A stretch of 64,000 nt of DNA from a virus (taxonomy: Duplodnaviria; Heunggongvirae; Uroviricota; Caudoviricetes), in the IMG/VR virus record IMGVR_UViG_647533160_000003. One strand, given 5' to 3'. Under the pieces are notes generated by a model, which was given only the letters and a program-made list of their open reading frames with translations, searched no databases and had not been told where the DNA came from. A program made the translations under genes and the position numbers. This document shows positions 10,101-19,345 of this stretch, one piece after another. Position 1 is the stretch's first letter. Every line of letters starts with the position of its first letter.

Positions 10101-11842
10101 ACGCTAAACAACTGGAAGTGTTGCAGTCAACGGTAGAGGAAAGCTCCGCTGCTGTTGAAGAAATGAAAAAGACGGTTGCAGAGGTCGATCGTGCCAGTGC
10201 AGAACTGACTACGAACATTGAGGCGTTAGCCAAAACAAATATTGACCTGGCTCTTCGTCAAGATGAAGACCAGCACAAGCAGATGGTCAATAACGCGAAG
10301 ATCGCAACAACACAGAAAACCTTTGCTGATGATATGTCTGCAATGGCCACGAAGGTTGAGGAAATTCGCGTAGAAATTGGCGAAGACATTAAGGCCAGTA
10401 TTCTGGAAGAGTCCACCGCTCGTGCCGATGGCGATGAAGCGTTGGCAAAGCGTGTCACTCAGCTGCAATCTAAGTTTGAAGGAGATATCAGCGCGGCGAT
10501 TAGTACAGAGCAGGAGGCTCGTACATCTGCCGATGAAGCTCTGACGACACAGATCACTCAGCTTGAGTCGAAAGTAAGCAACGATATCGTCGCAGCTATT
10601 AAGGAAGAGCAAGAAGCCCGAGCAACGGAAGATTCGGCTCTGGCAAGCCAGATCACCCAACTTCAGGCAAAGGTTGATGATGATATTTCTGCTGCAATAC
10701 GTAGTGAGCAGGAGGCTCGAGCAAGCGGGGACTCTGCGTTAGCCAAACAAATAAACCAGCTTCAGTCAAAGGTTGACGGTGATATATCCGCTGCCATCAC
10801 TCAGGAGCAGGAGGCCAGAGCAAGTGCTGACCAGGCGCTCTCACGAGAAATTAACAGCCTGCGAGCACAAACCGGAACTGATATTGCCGCAGCGGTTGCT
10901 GTAGAGACAAAGGCAAGGACTGATGCCGATAGTGCATTGTCCACTCAGATTTCGTCTCTTACAGCAAAAGCTAATGATCTCGAGGCATCTCTTGCCAGAG
11001 AAACAACGGCTCGTGCAGATGGCGATACCGCTTTAACAAAAGAGGTTTCAAGTTTAAAAGCACAGACTGCGAAAGATATTAGTGCGGCCGTTGCAGTGGA
11101 AACGCAGGCTCGAACTGATGCTGACTCGGCGTTGTCATCTCAGATCACCAAGCTGACCTCTCAATACAAAGAGGATATTAAAGCGGCTGTAGCAACCGAA
11201 ACGAAAACGCGTACAGAGCAAGATGCGGCATTGGCGACTCAAATCACAAAATTAGAGTCTCAAACAGCAGCCAACATTTCTGCGGCGGTCACAACTGAAA
11301 CGACAGCGAGAACGCAGGCAGATAATGCTCTAAGTGGGCGAATCGATACTCTGAAAGCAGAGGTGGATGGAAATACCGCGACAATTCAACAGCAGGCAAC
11401 AGCCATTGCTGATACCAACAAAAAAGTCTCAACCGCGTGGACGTTGAAAATGGAGACTTCAACGAGCGGAGGGCAGAAGTATGTTGCCGGTATTGCGCTT
11501 GGTATCGACACCACCGGTCTTTCTCAGTTTTTGGTGCAGGCGGACAGATTTGGTTTGGTCAACTCTGTTAACGGGAAGATCACCACGCCATTTGTTATCG
11601 AAAACAGTATCGCCTATATGAATGGTGCGTATATCAAGGATGGCACAATCACCAATGCAAAAGTAGGCGATCTGCAATCTACCAATTTTGTTAGCGGTAG
11701 ATCTGGATGGCGGTTCGGCAAAAATGGAACGCTTGAGATCAACGGTAATAGCGGCGGCAATGGGCGATTGGTTATAAATGGTCAGCGGATTGACGTTTAT
11801 GACGATAACAACGTCTTACGAGTAAGAATTGGCCTTCTGTGA
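7118..11842 (+). CDS. host specificity / central tail fibre protein, lambda gpJ-like with inserted coiled-coil repeat stalk
   Basis: Blocks YPNSALVGLKVNSEQFGS, RYCDEEVDDGFGG, AFGCTSRGQAHRVGLWL, FLEGKITSSELGQALLE and GGQKYVAGIALG match lambda J as recalled; about ten tandem ~33-aa helical repeats (approx 10440-11350) lie between the last two blocks. ATG 7118 preferred over TTG 7112. Confidence 0.8.
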   Translation: MEQFKKKKLPLLIAGAGGKKSKSSSRTPVEADDTVNSRAMAAILDLLGEGVIGGLVNGAKSIFIDDLPILNEDGSSNFSGITWDFRDGSQDQTPMAGFDFVETPKSVNIQLKKTHDVTVSIDNDEADRVRVIMKFPSLRSVDKSSGDTNGTTVKYKFQIANGDATFSDVVAEGEKSVDITLTAKKTGVYYRSYELKLPKPGRAYKVRVIRLTDDNSSQYLYNDTWVDSIGEIVDTPMNYPNSALVGLKVNSEQFGSTMPSRSYLVRGIKIRVPSNYNEYTNTYVGVWDGTFKLLSSSNPAWILYDLLTNTRYGLGQFVSESMIDLGQLYQIGRYCDEEVDDGFGGKEKRFAINTQITSRQDAYRLIQDIAGAFRGMVFWAGGMVNIMQDSPSDPVMMFTNSNVKDGLFTYKGSARKDRPSVALVTYNNKEDGYKQNIEYVEDQDAMRRYGERKTEVVAFGCTSRGQAHRVGLWLLYTARMESDVITFTAGLDASFLMPGETVLIQNKYRAGKRNSGRIVEFTKNSITLDAPVSLAKSGSFIRILNQEGKIVERDVLETGENITKVTFSKALSSAETPVLNGVWTITEPDLEPMRVRIVNIAQGETSGSFDITAVENNPSKYEAIDNGATLIPQNTTVLDPTYSKPSNLQITEGTYLSSPGNLSVKLTATWEGKSPEYWISWRRSDENNVSNWKSARVTEEQYEIVNVAENGRYDFQLYAVSFNGKKTEIISTVYQVLGTMTPPDAPTSLTAVGDYRNVILNWVNPDSVDLDHINVYASQTNNLDTAKLIAESASTTFTHAGLGDSETWYYWVRASNKRGMLSPPNSNLGTEATTRDVLSFLEGKITSSELGQALLEDLNSKASQEAVDELNEHINQSVESLEGAVNDVKEDIAELDKQFSDNLADFEIKFNERSDALENAQTELKGEVSATIDKVNEAFEKIDATDAAIVEIENTVSEHDKALANTVEAIKAARDEAAALIAKESEARVEGDAANAKQLEVLQSTVEESSAAVEEMKKTVAEVDRASAELTTNIEALAKTNIDLALRQDEDQHKQMVNNAKIATTQKTFADDMSAMATKVEEIRVEIGEDIKASILEESTARADGDEALAKRVTQLQSKFEGDISAAISTEQEARTSADEALTTQITQLESKVSNDIVAAIKEEQEARATEDSALASQITQLQAKVDDDISAAIRSEQEARASGDSALAKQINQLQSKVDGDISAAITQEQEARASADQALSREINSLRAQTGTDIAAAVAVETKARTDADSALSTQISSLTAKANDLEASLARETTARADGDTALTKEVSSLKAQTAKDISAAVAVETQARTDADSALSSQITKLTSQYKEDIKAAVATETKTRTEQDAALATQITKLESQTAANISAAVTTETTARTQADNALSGRIDTLKAEVDGNTATIQQQATAIADTNKKVSTAWTLKMETSTSGGQKYVAGIALGIDTTGLSQFLVQADRFGLVNSVNGKITTPFVIENSIAYMNGAYIKDGTITNAKVGDLQSTNFVSGRSGWRFGKNGTLEINGNSGGNGRLVINGQRIDVYDDNNVLRVRIGLL

Positions 11843-11935
11843 TGGTAGAAAAAAATATTTATATCGGTAAAAATAAGTAGGTACTTACTTAATGGTGGGC
11901 AAGGATAGCCCACCAAATCAAGGAGCATATTCAAC

Positions 11936-14900
11936 ATGTGGTACAGGGAAGGTACTATCACATTTACACAGGGTAGTAATACTCTGGTTGGGGTTGGGAC
12001 AGCCTGGAACGTAACAGCTAATGGTGTGTTGCCGGGGATGATCGTCATTGGCCCCGACAATAAGCTGTATGAGATCAAGCGCGTAACAAGCGATACGAAC
12101 ATTGTTCTCTCAGAACCTTATACCGGTGAAACTCAGTCTGAAGTTCCGTGCCGAATCATTACTACCTATGAAGGCGACTTAACACAGTTTAGCGCGCGCT
12201 TTACCGCGCTAATGTCGCGTATGTCGGCTGATTCCAAGTCCATGCGTAGTTGGTTGACTGCTCTGGATGAGGTGACAATCGAGCGTGAAGACGGTACAGA
12301 AGTGACCGTTAAGCCGCTGATGCAGATCGTCAACGAGCACAACGAAAACGTTGAGTGGTATAAAAATAACACTGACGCGATTGATGCCGCTGGTGACAAA
12401 GCTCGTGAGGCGGCGGCCAGTGCTGCCGCAGCAGCAGAAAGCGCCAATACCGCTGGAGAAAAAGCATCTCAAGCGTCTCAAAGTGCATCCGCTGCGGCAT
12501 CCTCACAAAGTGCCGCAAGTGCGAGTGCAACTGCTGCGAAAAAATCTGAAACGAACGCAGAATCAGCATATCTAGCGGCAGCAGAATCAGCGTCTGTAGC
12601 GTCGACCAAAGCATCGGAGGCAGCAACATCTGCGTCCAGTGCCTCTGCATCTAAGGATGCAGCCAAAGCATCAGAGACTAACGCTTCATCGAGTGCAAAC
12701 GCGGCTGCATCATTTGCAACAGAAGCTGAAAATTCGTCTAAGGCAGCAAAAGCGTCAGAGACAAACGCAAAAGCATCTGAAACGGCAGCCGGGCAGAGTG
12801 CATCGTCTGCAAACAGTTCGAAATCTGCGGCAGAAGCGTCAGCAAGCGCAGCCTCAGCAAGTGCGGATAGAGCTTCATCAAGTGCAACTGCGGCAGGAAA
12901 ATCTGCGGAAAGCGCGTCGTCGTCAGCGACAACAGCTACCGCAAAAGCGACTGAGGCGACGAATCAGGCTACAGCCGCTAAAAATTCAGCATCGGCAGCA
13001 AAATCCTCTGAAACAAATGCAAAGGCTTCTGAAGATAATGCCGCTTCCTCTAAAGAGGCAGCTGCTGAATCTGCAAGTTCTGCGTCTGCATCAGCCACCT
13101 CGGCATCCGCTTCAAAAGATGAGGCGACCAAGCAGGCATCAGCTGCGAAGGGGAGTGCTTCAACGGCATCCACGAAAGCAACAGAGGCGGCAGGCAGTGC
13201 GACGGCTGCATCTCAGAGCAAAGCTGCTGCTGAATCCGCTGCGACCCGTGCAGAAGCTGCCGCTGATCGTGCTGAAGAGATTGCCGGTGCCGTTGCGATG
13301 GAAGACGCAAGCCTTACCACCAAAGGTGTTGTGAAACTTAGCAGTGCTGTCGACAGCACCAGTGAATCGCTGGCCGCAACGCCAAAAGCAGTTAAAGCAG
13401 CCAATGACAATGCGAATAGCAGGGTGCCATCTAACCGAAAAGTTAACGGTAAAGCACTGACTGCGGATATCACATTAACGCCGAAAGATATTGGTACTTT
13501 AAATTCAGTAACGATGTCTTTCTCTGGCGGGGCTGGGTGGTTCAAACTGGCTACGGTTACCATGCCACAAGCGAGTTCCATCGTTTACATCGCATTGATT
13601 GGTGGCGCTGGTTACAACGTCGGCTCCCCACATCAGGCAGGCATTTCAGAACTGGTTCTACGAGCAGGCAATGGAAACCCCAAAGGGATTACCGGTGCTT
13701 TGTGGAAGCGGACAGCCGTCGGATTAACGAATTTCGCCTGGATCAACACATCCGGCGATACATATGATATTTACGTTGAGATTGGCAATTATGCGACTAG
13801 TGTAAATATCCATTGGGATTGTACTGCAAATGCGACAGTTTCTATTTATACATCGCCAACATATTCAGCGAGTAAGCCTTCCAGCGTTACCGATGGTGTT
13901 GTTTATACGATGTATAGCACACATCAGAAACCGACGCCGTTAGATATTGGAGCACTGCCAACAACCGGAGGAACAGTTTCAGGTCCGTTGTCTGTTACTG
14001 GTGGGATCACCGGAACATTAAATGGTAATGCAAGTACAGCAACGAAATTGCAGACGGCAAGATCTATCGGTGGAGTTGGTTTCGACGGTTCTGCAAATAT
14101 CAACCTTCCAGGTGTAAATACTACGGGTAATCAGAACACCACTGGTAATGCTGCAACTGCTACAAAACTTCAGACGGCAAGAACTATCGGCGGCGTGAGC
14201 TTTGATGGTACTGCGAATATTAATTTGCCAGGTGTTAATACGACTGGTAATCAGAATACAACGGGCAACGCGGCTACTGCTACGAAGTTGCAGACTGCAC
14301 GTACTATCAATGGGGTGTCGTTTGACGGCTCGGCAAATATTTCCTTGTCGCCAGCAAATATAGGTTGCCCGGCATCTCCTACTGGTTGGTTAACTACAGG
14401 AAGTAATGGCGGAGCAATAACAACAGCACAGTTAGTGACGTTATTGCAAAATAATGGAGCATTTAACACAAAGTCATGGATTGCTCGATGTGCGTGGGCC
14501 TATGCCAATAGTGCAACCATACCAAACAGTGAAACTGGTTGTGGCGTTATTCCATTGGCAGGAGCTGTTATAGAGGTATTTAATAACGGTAGTAGCTCAA
14601 ACAATTATACGATCCGTATAACAACGGCCACAACGACGAGTGTCTCTGGTGCTCTCACTAATGCGGAGTTTATCTATGTATTTAATGGCACAGATTATTC
14701 TCCGGGATGGCGAAGAGTATATAACACGAAAAACAAACCAACAGCCTCTGATGTCGGTGCATTACCTCTTACCGGTGGTACATTATCTGGAGGTTTGACA
14801 TCTTCTGGCGAGATCATTTCAAAATATGCAAATGGTTTCCGCATTGCTTACGGTAGCTTTGGGTTCTTTATCCGTAATGATGGATCGAACACATATTTCA

Positions 14901-16093
14901 TGCTAACAGCATCAGGAGACACATTAGGTTCATGGAACGGTTTGCGACCTATTACAATTAATAATACCAGCGGTGCGGTATCAATTGGTAATGGACTAAA
15001 TGTGACTGGTGGCGTAAATGGTAGTTTGAACGGTAATGCTTCAACAGCTACGAAGTTGCAAACAGCGAGAAACATCAATGGTGTTAAGTTTGATGGCTCA
15101 GGCGATATCAACATTAATACACTGGTATCTCGTGGCCGAGTTACGGCATTAAGCGGCTCTACTCAAGGCACTGCTGGCATTCAAATGTACGAGGCGTACA
15201 ACAATAGCTACCCGACCACGTATGGCAACGTATTGCACATGAAAGGTGCGAGTGCTGCTGGTGAGGGCGAGTTGCTTATTGGCTGGAGTGGTACGAGCGG
15301 TGCACATGCGCCAGTTTTCATTCGCTCACGAAGAGATACCACAGATGCGGCATGGTCAGCGTGGGCGCAGCTATATACTGCTAAGGATTCAATCCCTGGT
15401 GTGAATACAACCGGTAATCAGAATACTACTGGTAATGCCGCAACAGCCACAAAATTGCAGACAGCAAGGAAAATTGCTGGTGTGGCGTTTGATGGCTCTG
15501 CCGATATTACTTTGACTGCGGCTAACCTTAATGCTTATACGAAAACAGAGGTAACAAACCTTCTAAGTTCCTATGCAAGCAGATCATCACTGACAGGCTA
15601 TAGTGGCAACCTGGATATTATTGCTGAAACACTGGTTGTCAAATCAGGCGGTAGTGGAGGGTTTGCTATATGGGATATTGGCACAACTACTAGCGGTGCC
15701 AATATGTACATTGATCCAAACCCTGGTATCAATACAGTTTGGCGTTCAACATCTTCAAGGCGCTATAAAAAGGATATTGAAACATTACAAGATCGATATG
15801 CTGATGAACTTTTGTCATTAAGACCTGTTTGGTATCGTTCAATTTGTCGAGGTGACCGAAAGGATTGGGGGTATTACGGCCTTATTGCTGAAGAGGTTGG
15901 TGAGATTGCCCCGCAATATGTCCATTGGCGTGAACCAACAAATAATGATTCTCCAGAAGATATTTCCTCAAATGGTATGGTCGCTGAAGGGGTGATGTAT
16001 GAGCGTTTGGTTGTACCACTCATTCATCATATTCAGCAATTGACCAAAAGGGTTGAGGAGCTTGAAACGAAGTTAAATTCACCTAAAGAATAA
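11936..16093 (+). CDS. long tail fibre protein with Ala/Ser-rich low-complexity region, repeated NTTGNQNTTGNAATATKLQTAR units and C-terminal intramolecular chaperone-like domain
   Basis: Ala/Ser/Lys/Glu-rich region approx 12400-13300; at least five copies of a ~40-aa unit (approx 14020-14350, 15000-15110, 15400-15500); C-terminal segment resembles the autoproteolytic chaperone domain of tail fibres/endosialidases; hairpin 16103-16125 downstream. Confidence 0.75.
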   Translation: MWYREGTITFTQGSNTLVGVGTAWNVTANGVLPGMIVIGPDNKLYEIKRVTSDTNIVLSEPYTGETQSEVPCRIITTYEGDLTQFSARFTALMSRMSADSKSMRSWLTALDEVTIEREDGTEVTVKPLMQIVNEHNENVEWYKNNTDAIDAAGDKAREAAASAAAAAESANTAGEKASQASQSASAAASSQSAASASATAAKKSETNAESAYLAAAESASVASTKASEAATSASSASASKDAAKASETNASSSANAAASFATEAENSSKAAKASETNAKASETAAGQSASSANSSKSAAEASASAASASADRASSSATAAGKSAESASSSATTATAKATEATNQATAAKNSASAAKSSETNAKASEDNAASSKEAAAESASSASASATSASASKDEATKQASAAKGSASTASTKATEAAGSATAASQSKAAAESAATRAEAAADRAEEIAGAVAMEDASLTTKGVVKLSSAVDSTSESLAATPKAVKAANDNANSRVPSNRKVNGKALTADITLTPKDIGTLNSVTMSFSGGAGWFKLATVTMPQASSIVYIALIGGAGYNVGSPHQAGISELVLRAGNGNPKGITGALWKRTAVGLTNFAWINTSGDTYDIYVEIGNYATSVNIHWDCTANATVSIYTSPTYSASKPSSVTDGVVYTMYSTHQKPTPLDIGALPTTGGTVSGPLSVTGGITGTLNGNASTATKLQTARSIGGVGFDGSANINLPGVNTTGNQNTTGNAATATKLQTARTIGGVSFDGTANINLPGVNTTGNQNTTGNAATATKLQTARTINGVSFDGSANISLSPANIGCPASPTGWLTTGSNGGAITTAQLVTLLQNNGAFNTKSWIARCAWAYANSATIPNSETGCGVIPLAGAVIEVFNNGSSSNNYTIRITTATTTSVSGALTNAEFIYVFNGTDYSPGWRRVYNTKNKPTASDVGALPLTGGTLSGGLTSSGEIISKYANGFRIAYGSFGFFIRNDGSNTYFMLTASGDTLGSWNGLRPITINNTSGAVSIGNGLNVTGGVNGSLNGNASTATKLQTARNINGVKFDGSGDININTLVSRGRVTALSGSTQGTAGIQMYEAYNNSYPTTYGNVLHMKGASAAGEGELLIGWSGTSGAHAPVFIRSRRDTTDAAWSAWAQLYTAKDSIPGVNTTGNQNTTGNAATATKLQTARKIAGVAFDGSADITLTAANLNAYTKTEVTNLLSSYASRSSLTGYSGNLDIIAETLVVKSGGSGGFAIWDIGTTTSGANMYIDPNPGINTVWRSTSSRRYKKDIETLQDRYADELLSLRPVWYRSICRGDRKDWGYYGLIAEEVGEIAPQYVHWREPTNNDSPEDISSNGMVAEGVMYERLVVPLIHHIQQLTKRVEELETKLNSPKE

Positions 16094-16153
16094 ACAACTT
16101 CAATCGGGGCTGGAACTAAACCAGCCCCTGCTTAAAAGTATAAGGATATATTT

Positions 16154-16408
16154 ATGAGCTATGGTGCACAGGTATGGTCGCCATCAAGACAGGAGATGGT
16201 CGATGCGTTGGCCCCTGTTTATTACCTCGATTATTTTACTCCCTCTGGTTCTGGAAGTAGAACATATGAGGTTGAGGCGGGATTGGGAATCGACTATTAC
16301 ATAATGGACGTAACCAATGGGAAATACACAAGTCTTACGGTTTCTGGAAATACCATTTCATGGTCTGGAGCTAGTGGCAATTTAAACATATTGGTTTTTC
16401 AAAAATAA
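16154..16408 (+). CDS. hypothetical protein (84 aa)
   Basis: ORF with ATG start after tail-fibre hairpin; no recognisable motif. Confidence 0.4.
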   Translation: MSYGAQVWSPSRQEMVDALAPVYYLDYFTPSGSGSRTYEVEAGLGIDYYIMDVTNGKYTSLTVSGNTISWSGASGNLNILVFQK

Positions 16409-17016
16409 TGTACGGAAGCAAGATATATCGATCTGACGGGAAGGTCTGGATGTCTCCTTCTTTGTCTCCTATCGTTTTTCAGAGAAAGCAGGTTGTTTCT
16501 TTGTCTGGCGGGACAGAGTTTAACACCCAAATATCTCCAGATCGTTCACCGATGATTTTTGTTGCCTATTCGAAAGCTGTTTCATTAATAGCCAACAGAA
16601 TAGTGCGTAACAACCAGGTGATTTACAGTTTCGGAGGTCAGGGTAGCGATTCTAGTGCCACGATATACGTATTTTCGAAAGGTATAGCCAAAAAAGAAAC
16701 TTGGGGCATGAGTTTTTTCAATGCGCGAGGAGAGGAGATCTATAATACGGCAAATATCCCACTTTCATTTACCTTTCTTAATAATACGGAGTGGAACAGT
16801 TCTGGAGGGCATGTTTTTGATTACCCGCCAGCGATAATCCCAACATATGCAAATGTGTTCGCGGTTCCAGTACCGGGCGGGGCCATGACAATGGTTTATG
16901 GATATGCGGCATATGGAAATACTGTTAGCTCGATATTCGTAAACCAACTTAATGGCGGCCATAGTTTTAGCGTAAATGGCAGAGTACCGGTAATAAATAG
17001 AAATCTGTATAACTGA
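16408..17016 (+). CDS. hypothetical protein (202 aa), possibly tail-fibre associated
   Basis: Start overlaps preceding stop (ATAATG); lies between tail fibre and lysis genes; no motif recognised. Confidence 0.4.
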   Translation: MYGSKIYRSDGKVWMSPSLSPIVFQRKQVVSLSGGTEFNTQISPDRSPMIFVAYSKAVSLIANRIVRNNQVIYSFGGQGSDSSATIYVFSKGIAKKETWGMSFFNARGEEIYNTANIPLSFTFLNNTEWNSSGGHVFDYPPAIIPTYANVFAVPVPGGAMTMVYGYAAYGNTVSSIFVNQLNGGHSFSVNGRVPVINRNLYN

Positions 17017-17023
17017 TGAGTAA

Positions 17024-17257
17024 ATGATGAAAAGATTATTTCTAACAATAGCTGTTGTTCTCTCTCTTACTGGCTGCCAGAAATTGCCGACACCTATATG
17101 TTACGGTGAGGCTATCATTGGTGGACAGGAGACAGTCATACCCATATATGCTGTTAAAAAAGTGAACGACTATACCTTATACAAAGCGGGTAGCATCTAT
17201 AACTGGCGATGGGTAGGAGTAGGTGCTTTCTCATCAGTTCGTTGCAATGCTGAATGA
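17024..17257 (+). CDS. small lipoprotein (77 aa)
   Basis: Signal peptide with lipobox (LSLTGC) at the N-terminus. Confidence 0.5.
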   Translation: MMKRLFLTIAVVLSLTGCQKLPTPICYGEAIIGGQETVIPIYAVKKVNDYTLYKAGSIYNWRWVGVGAFSSVRCNAE

Positions 17258-17338
17258 TAGGTAAGTACACACCTACAACAATAGGGTGAAATGTGATATA
17301 AATCCGCCATCCCGATTTGACTTTTCATGGAGGAAAAC

Positions 17339-17662
17339 ATGTCGAACGAGATGGCGAGCGTTACAACAGAGCAAGTTGAGCGTATTGCCGCGATCGTTGC
17401 TCGGGAGGTTGTTGGCAAATTAGGTAAAGAGCTACGTGAAGAAATTGGCCAGGAGGTCAATGATCAGCTGAAAACCTACTTTGGTGATATGACCCCGGCG
17501 CAACATAGTATTCAACACTCCAATCTGGACAAACTCCTTAACCGGTTAGATTCCATCTCCAGTGGGTTCTTTGGCGGCATTGTTTCTAAAATAACGTCGT
17601 TCATTATTACTGCACTGCTTTTGGGGTTAGCCGCGTATGGCGTAAAAAATGGACTGCAATAA
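17339..17662 (+). CDS. putative holin-like membrane protein
   Basis: Single C-terminal TM helix (ITSFIITALLLGLAAYGV); first gene of lysis-like cluster; ATG 17339 with GGAGGA upstream. Role inferred from position only. Confidence 0.35.
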   Translation: MSNEMASVTTEQVERIAAIVAREVVGKLGKELREEIGQEVNDQLKTYFGDMTPAQHSIQHSNLDKLLNRLDSISSGFFGGIVSKITSFIITALLLGLAAYGVKNGLQ

Positions 17663-17675
17663 CAGGAGATCAAGG

Positions 17676-18368
17676 ATGAAGACTCCGAGAGGCATTCGTA
17701 ATAATAACCCCGGTAATCTTGATAAAGGATCACCGTGGCAAGGTCTGGTTGCGAATCCAGACGAACCGCGCTTTTGCACGTTTAAAGACCCTGTTTGGGG
17801 GATTCGTGCGCTGGCGGTGACTCTAATTACCTACCACGACAAACGTCGCGCAAAAGACGGCTCAAGTATCGATACCATTCGTGAAGTTATTGAACGTTGG
17901 GCACCGCCGAATGAAAACAACACTGACGCCTACATTAATGAGGTGTCTAAAGCCGTTGGTGTAACCGCAGACATGATCATCGATCTGCATGATTACGACA
18001 TTCTTCGACCTTTGGTTGAGGCAATCATTCGCCATGAGAATGGGCGAGGTCCGCTAAAAACGCTGAACACCTGGTATGCGGCAGAAGTTATTGAGGAAGG
18101 TCTGCGTCGAGCTGGCGTCGTTAAGCCGGTGAAAACCGTGAAGGCTGTTCCTGTAACTAAAGAAACAGCAGGCGCAACTGTTACAGCAGGTATTGGTCTG
18201 GCGCAGCTGGCCGATGTTATGCCGCAGGTTTCCGCTGCTATGGATAAAGCACAAGGTCATATCTCTAGTGGGGATACAGTACGCATCATCTTCGGTATTG
18301 CCACTATTGTTGTGGCTGGATTTATCGCCTGGTCGCAGGTAAGAAGACACCAGAAAGGGATGGTCTAA
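17676..18368 (+). CDS. putative cell-wall hydrolase / endolysin candidate with C-terminal membrane anchor
   Basis: Sits between holin candidate and Rz/Rz1-like pair; RGIRNNNPGN motif near N-terminus; C-terminal hydrophobic helix; AGGAG upstream of ATG 17676. Enzymatic class not established. Confidence 0.4.
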   Translation: MKTPRGIRNNNPGNLDKGSPWQGLVANPDEPRFCTFKDPVWGIRALAVTLITYHDKRRAKDGSSIDTIREVIERWAPPNENNTDAYINEVSKAVGVTADMIIDLHDYDILRPLVEAIIRHENGRGPLKTLNTWYAAEVIEEGLRRAGVVKPVKTVKAVPVTKETAGATVTAGIGLAQLADVMPQVSAAMDKAQGHISSGDTVRIIFGIATIVVAGFIAWSQVRRHQKGMV

Positions 18369-18369
18369 T

Positions 18370-18621
18370 ATGCTAGGCAGCCTGATGACAAAGCTAAAAG
18401 TTGCTTTGATTACGCTGGCTGCCGTTCTTTTCGTTCTGGTCGGCGCTTACACGATGGGCGGAAATGCGGCGCGACGAGCAATGGAAGAGAAGGCAAAACA
18501 GGAAGACAGGAAACGACTTCAAAGCACAGTGGATGTCAAAAATGAAACACTTGATGAGTTACGGCGCAAAGATGCTTCTACTGTTCATCATGAGTTGCAC
18601 AATAAGTGGTTGCGTGATTAA
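18370..18621 (+). CDS. Rz-like inner-membrane spanin
   Basis: N-terminal TM helix followed by charged helical periplasmic region; overlapping out-of-frame lipoprotein ORF. Confidence 0.5.
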   Translation: MLGSLMTKLKVALITLAAVLFVLVGAYTMGGNAARRAMEEKAKQEDRKRLQSTVDVKNETLDELRRKDASTVHHELHNKWLRD

Positions 18622-18772
18622 GCCTCAATCCTCTGGTGTGCTTTTCTGCGATGCGGCTACACCGCTATACATCAGCCGTGATGATCTCATGACCGAAGAG
18701 ACTGAAAGGGAAGTACTTTTTCACAATATGATAGGGGAGCGATTGTGTGGATGGGGCAGAAAAGTGCCATAA
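18533..18772 (+). CDS. Rz1-like outer-membrane lipoprotein spanin (overlapping frame)
   Basis: ORF in a different frame overlapping the Rz-like gene 3' end; lipoprotein signal with lipobox (ISGC); the overlapped architecture is typical of Rz/Rz1. Confidence 0.45.
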   Translation: MSKMKHLMSYGAKMLLLFIMSCTISGCVIKPQSSGVLFCDAATPLYISRDDLMTEETEREVLFHNMIGERLCGWGRKVP

Positions 18773-18946
18773 TAAAAGCGGAATTTTCTAACATAAAATT
18801 TGCATATTATTAGAGCACAAGGTAGATTTGAAGCATGGATGTCAAGTAAATCATACCTTGTTTTAATAAATCGACGCATACTCGTAGCCTCTAAACCGAC
18901 AAGGTCGCCGCTATGACATAAAGTTATTACCGGCTAAGGTGGAAAC

Positions 18947-19345
18947 ATGCATACTGCACTTAACGCATCTCGTTCTATTCAGACGATAAGAGACTGTACC
19001 AAGATGATCGCATCGGTTCCGTTGCGGCATTGGAATGACTCGCTCCAAATTCGTGAAATGAACAAACCGGGTATGCTTAAGGATCAGCGTTTCATCGTTA
19101 ACCTTAAAAGTGACGTTGAAGAAGGCAAGTTTACCATCAAATTGTTTGCAGAAATGATGGTGCTCAACAATCGGTTACGTTTTCTTGTTAAGCCAGAAAA
19201 ACAGTTTCCCGATGTTGTGCGTTGTGAACAGGATGCTTTCTATGAGATTGAAAGCAAAATAGCTAAATTTATCAAAGATAAATACCGCGTAGATGTTAAA
19301 ATAGCGAAACTGGATTCATCTACGGATATGCGGCTTGCGAACTAA
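18947..19345 (+). CDS. hypothetical protein (132 aa)
   Basis: ORF with AAGGTGGA upstream; no motif recognised. Confidence 0.4.
   Translation: MHTALNASRSIQTIRDCTKMIASVPLRHWNDSLQIREMNKPGMLKDQRFIVNLKSDVEEGKFTIKLFAEMMVLNNRLRFLVKPEKQFPDVVRCEQDAFYEIESKIAKFIKDKYRVDVKIAKLDSSTDMRLAN

Noticed and set aside
12639-13334. 231-aa Arg/Gln/Leu-rich ORF on the + strand inside the tail-fibre gene, plus antisense ORFs 12166-12666 and 12964-13581
   Set aside because: Alternative-frame and antisense readings of the repetitive Ala/Ser-coding region; composition is implausible and they are fully nested in a strongly supported gene.
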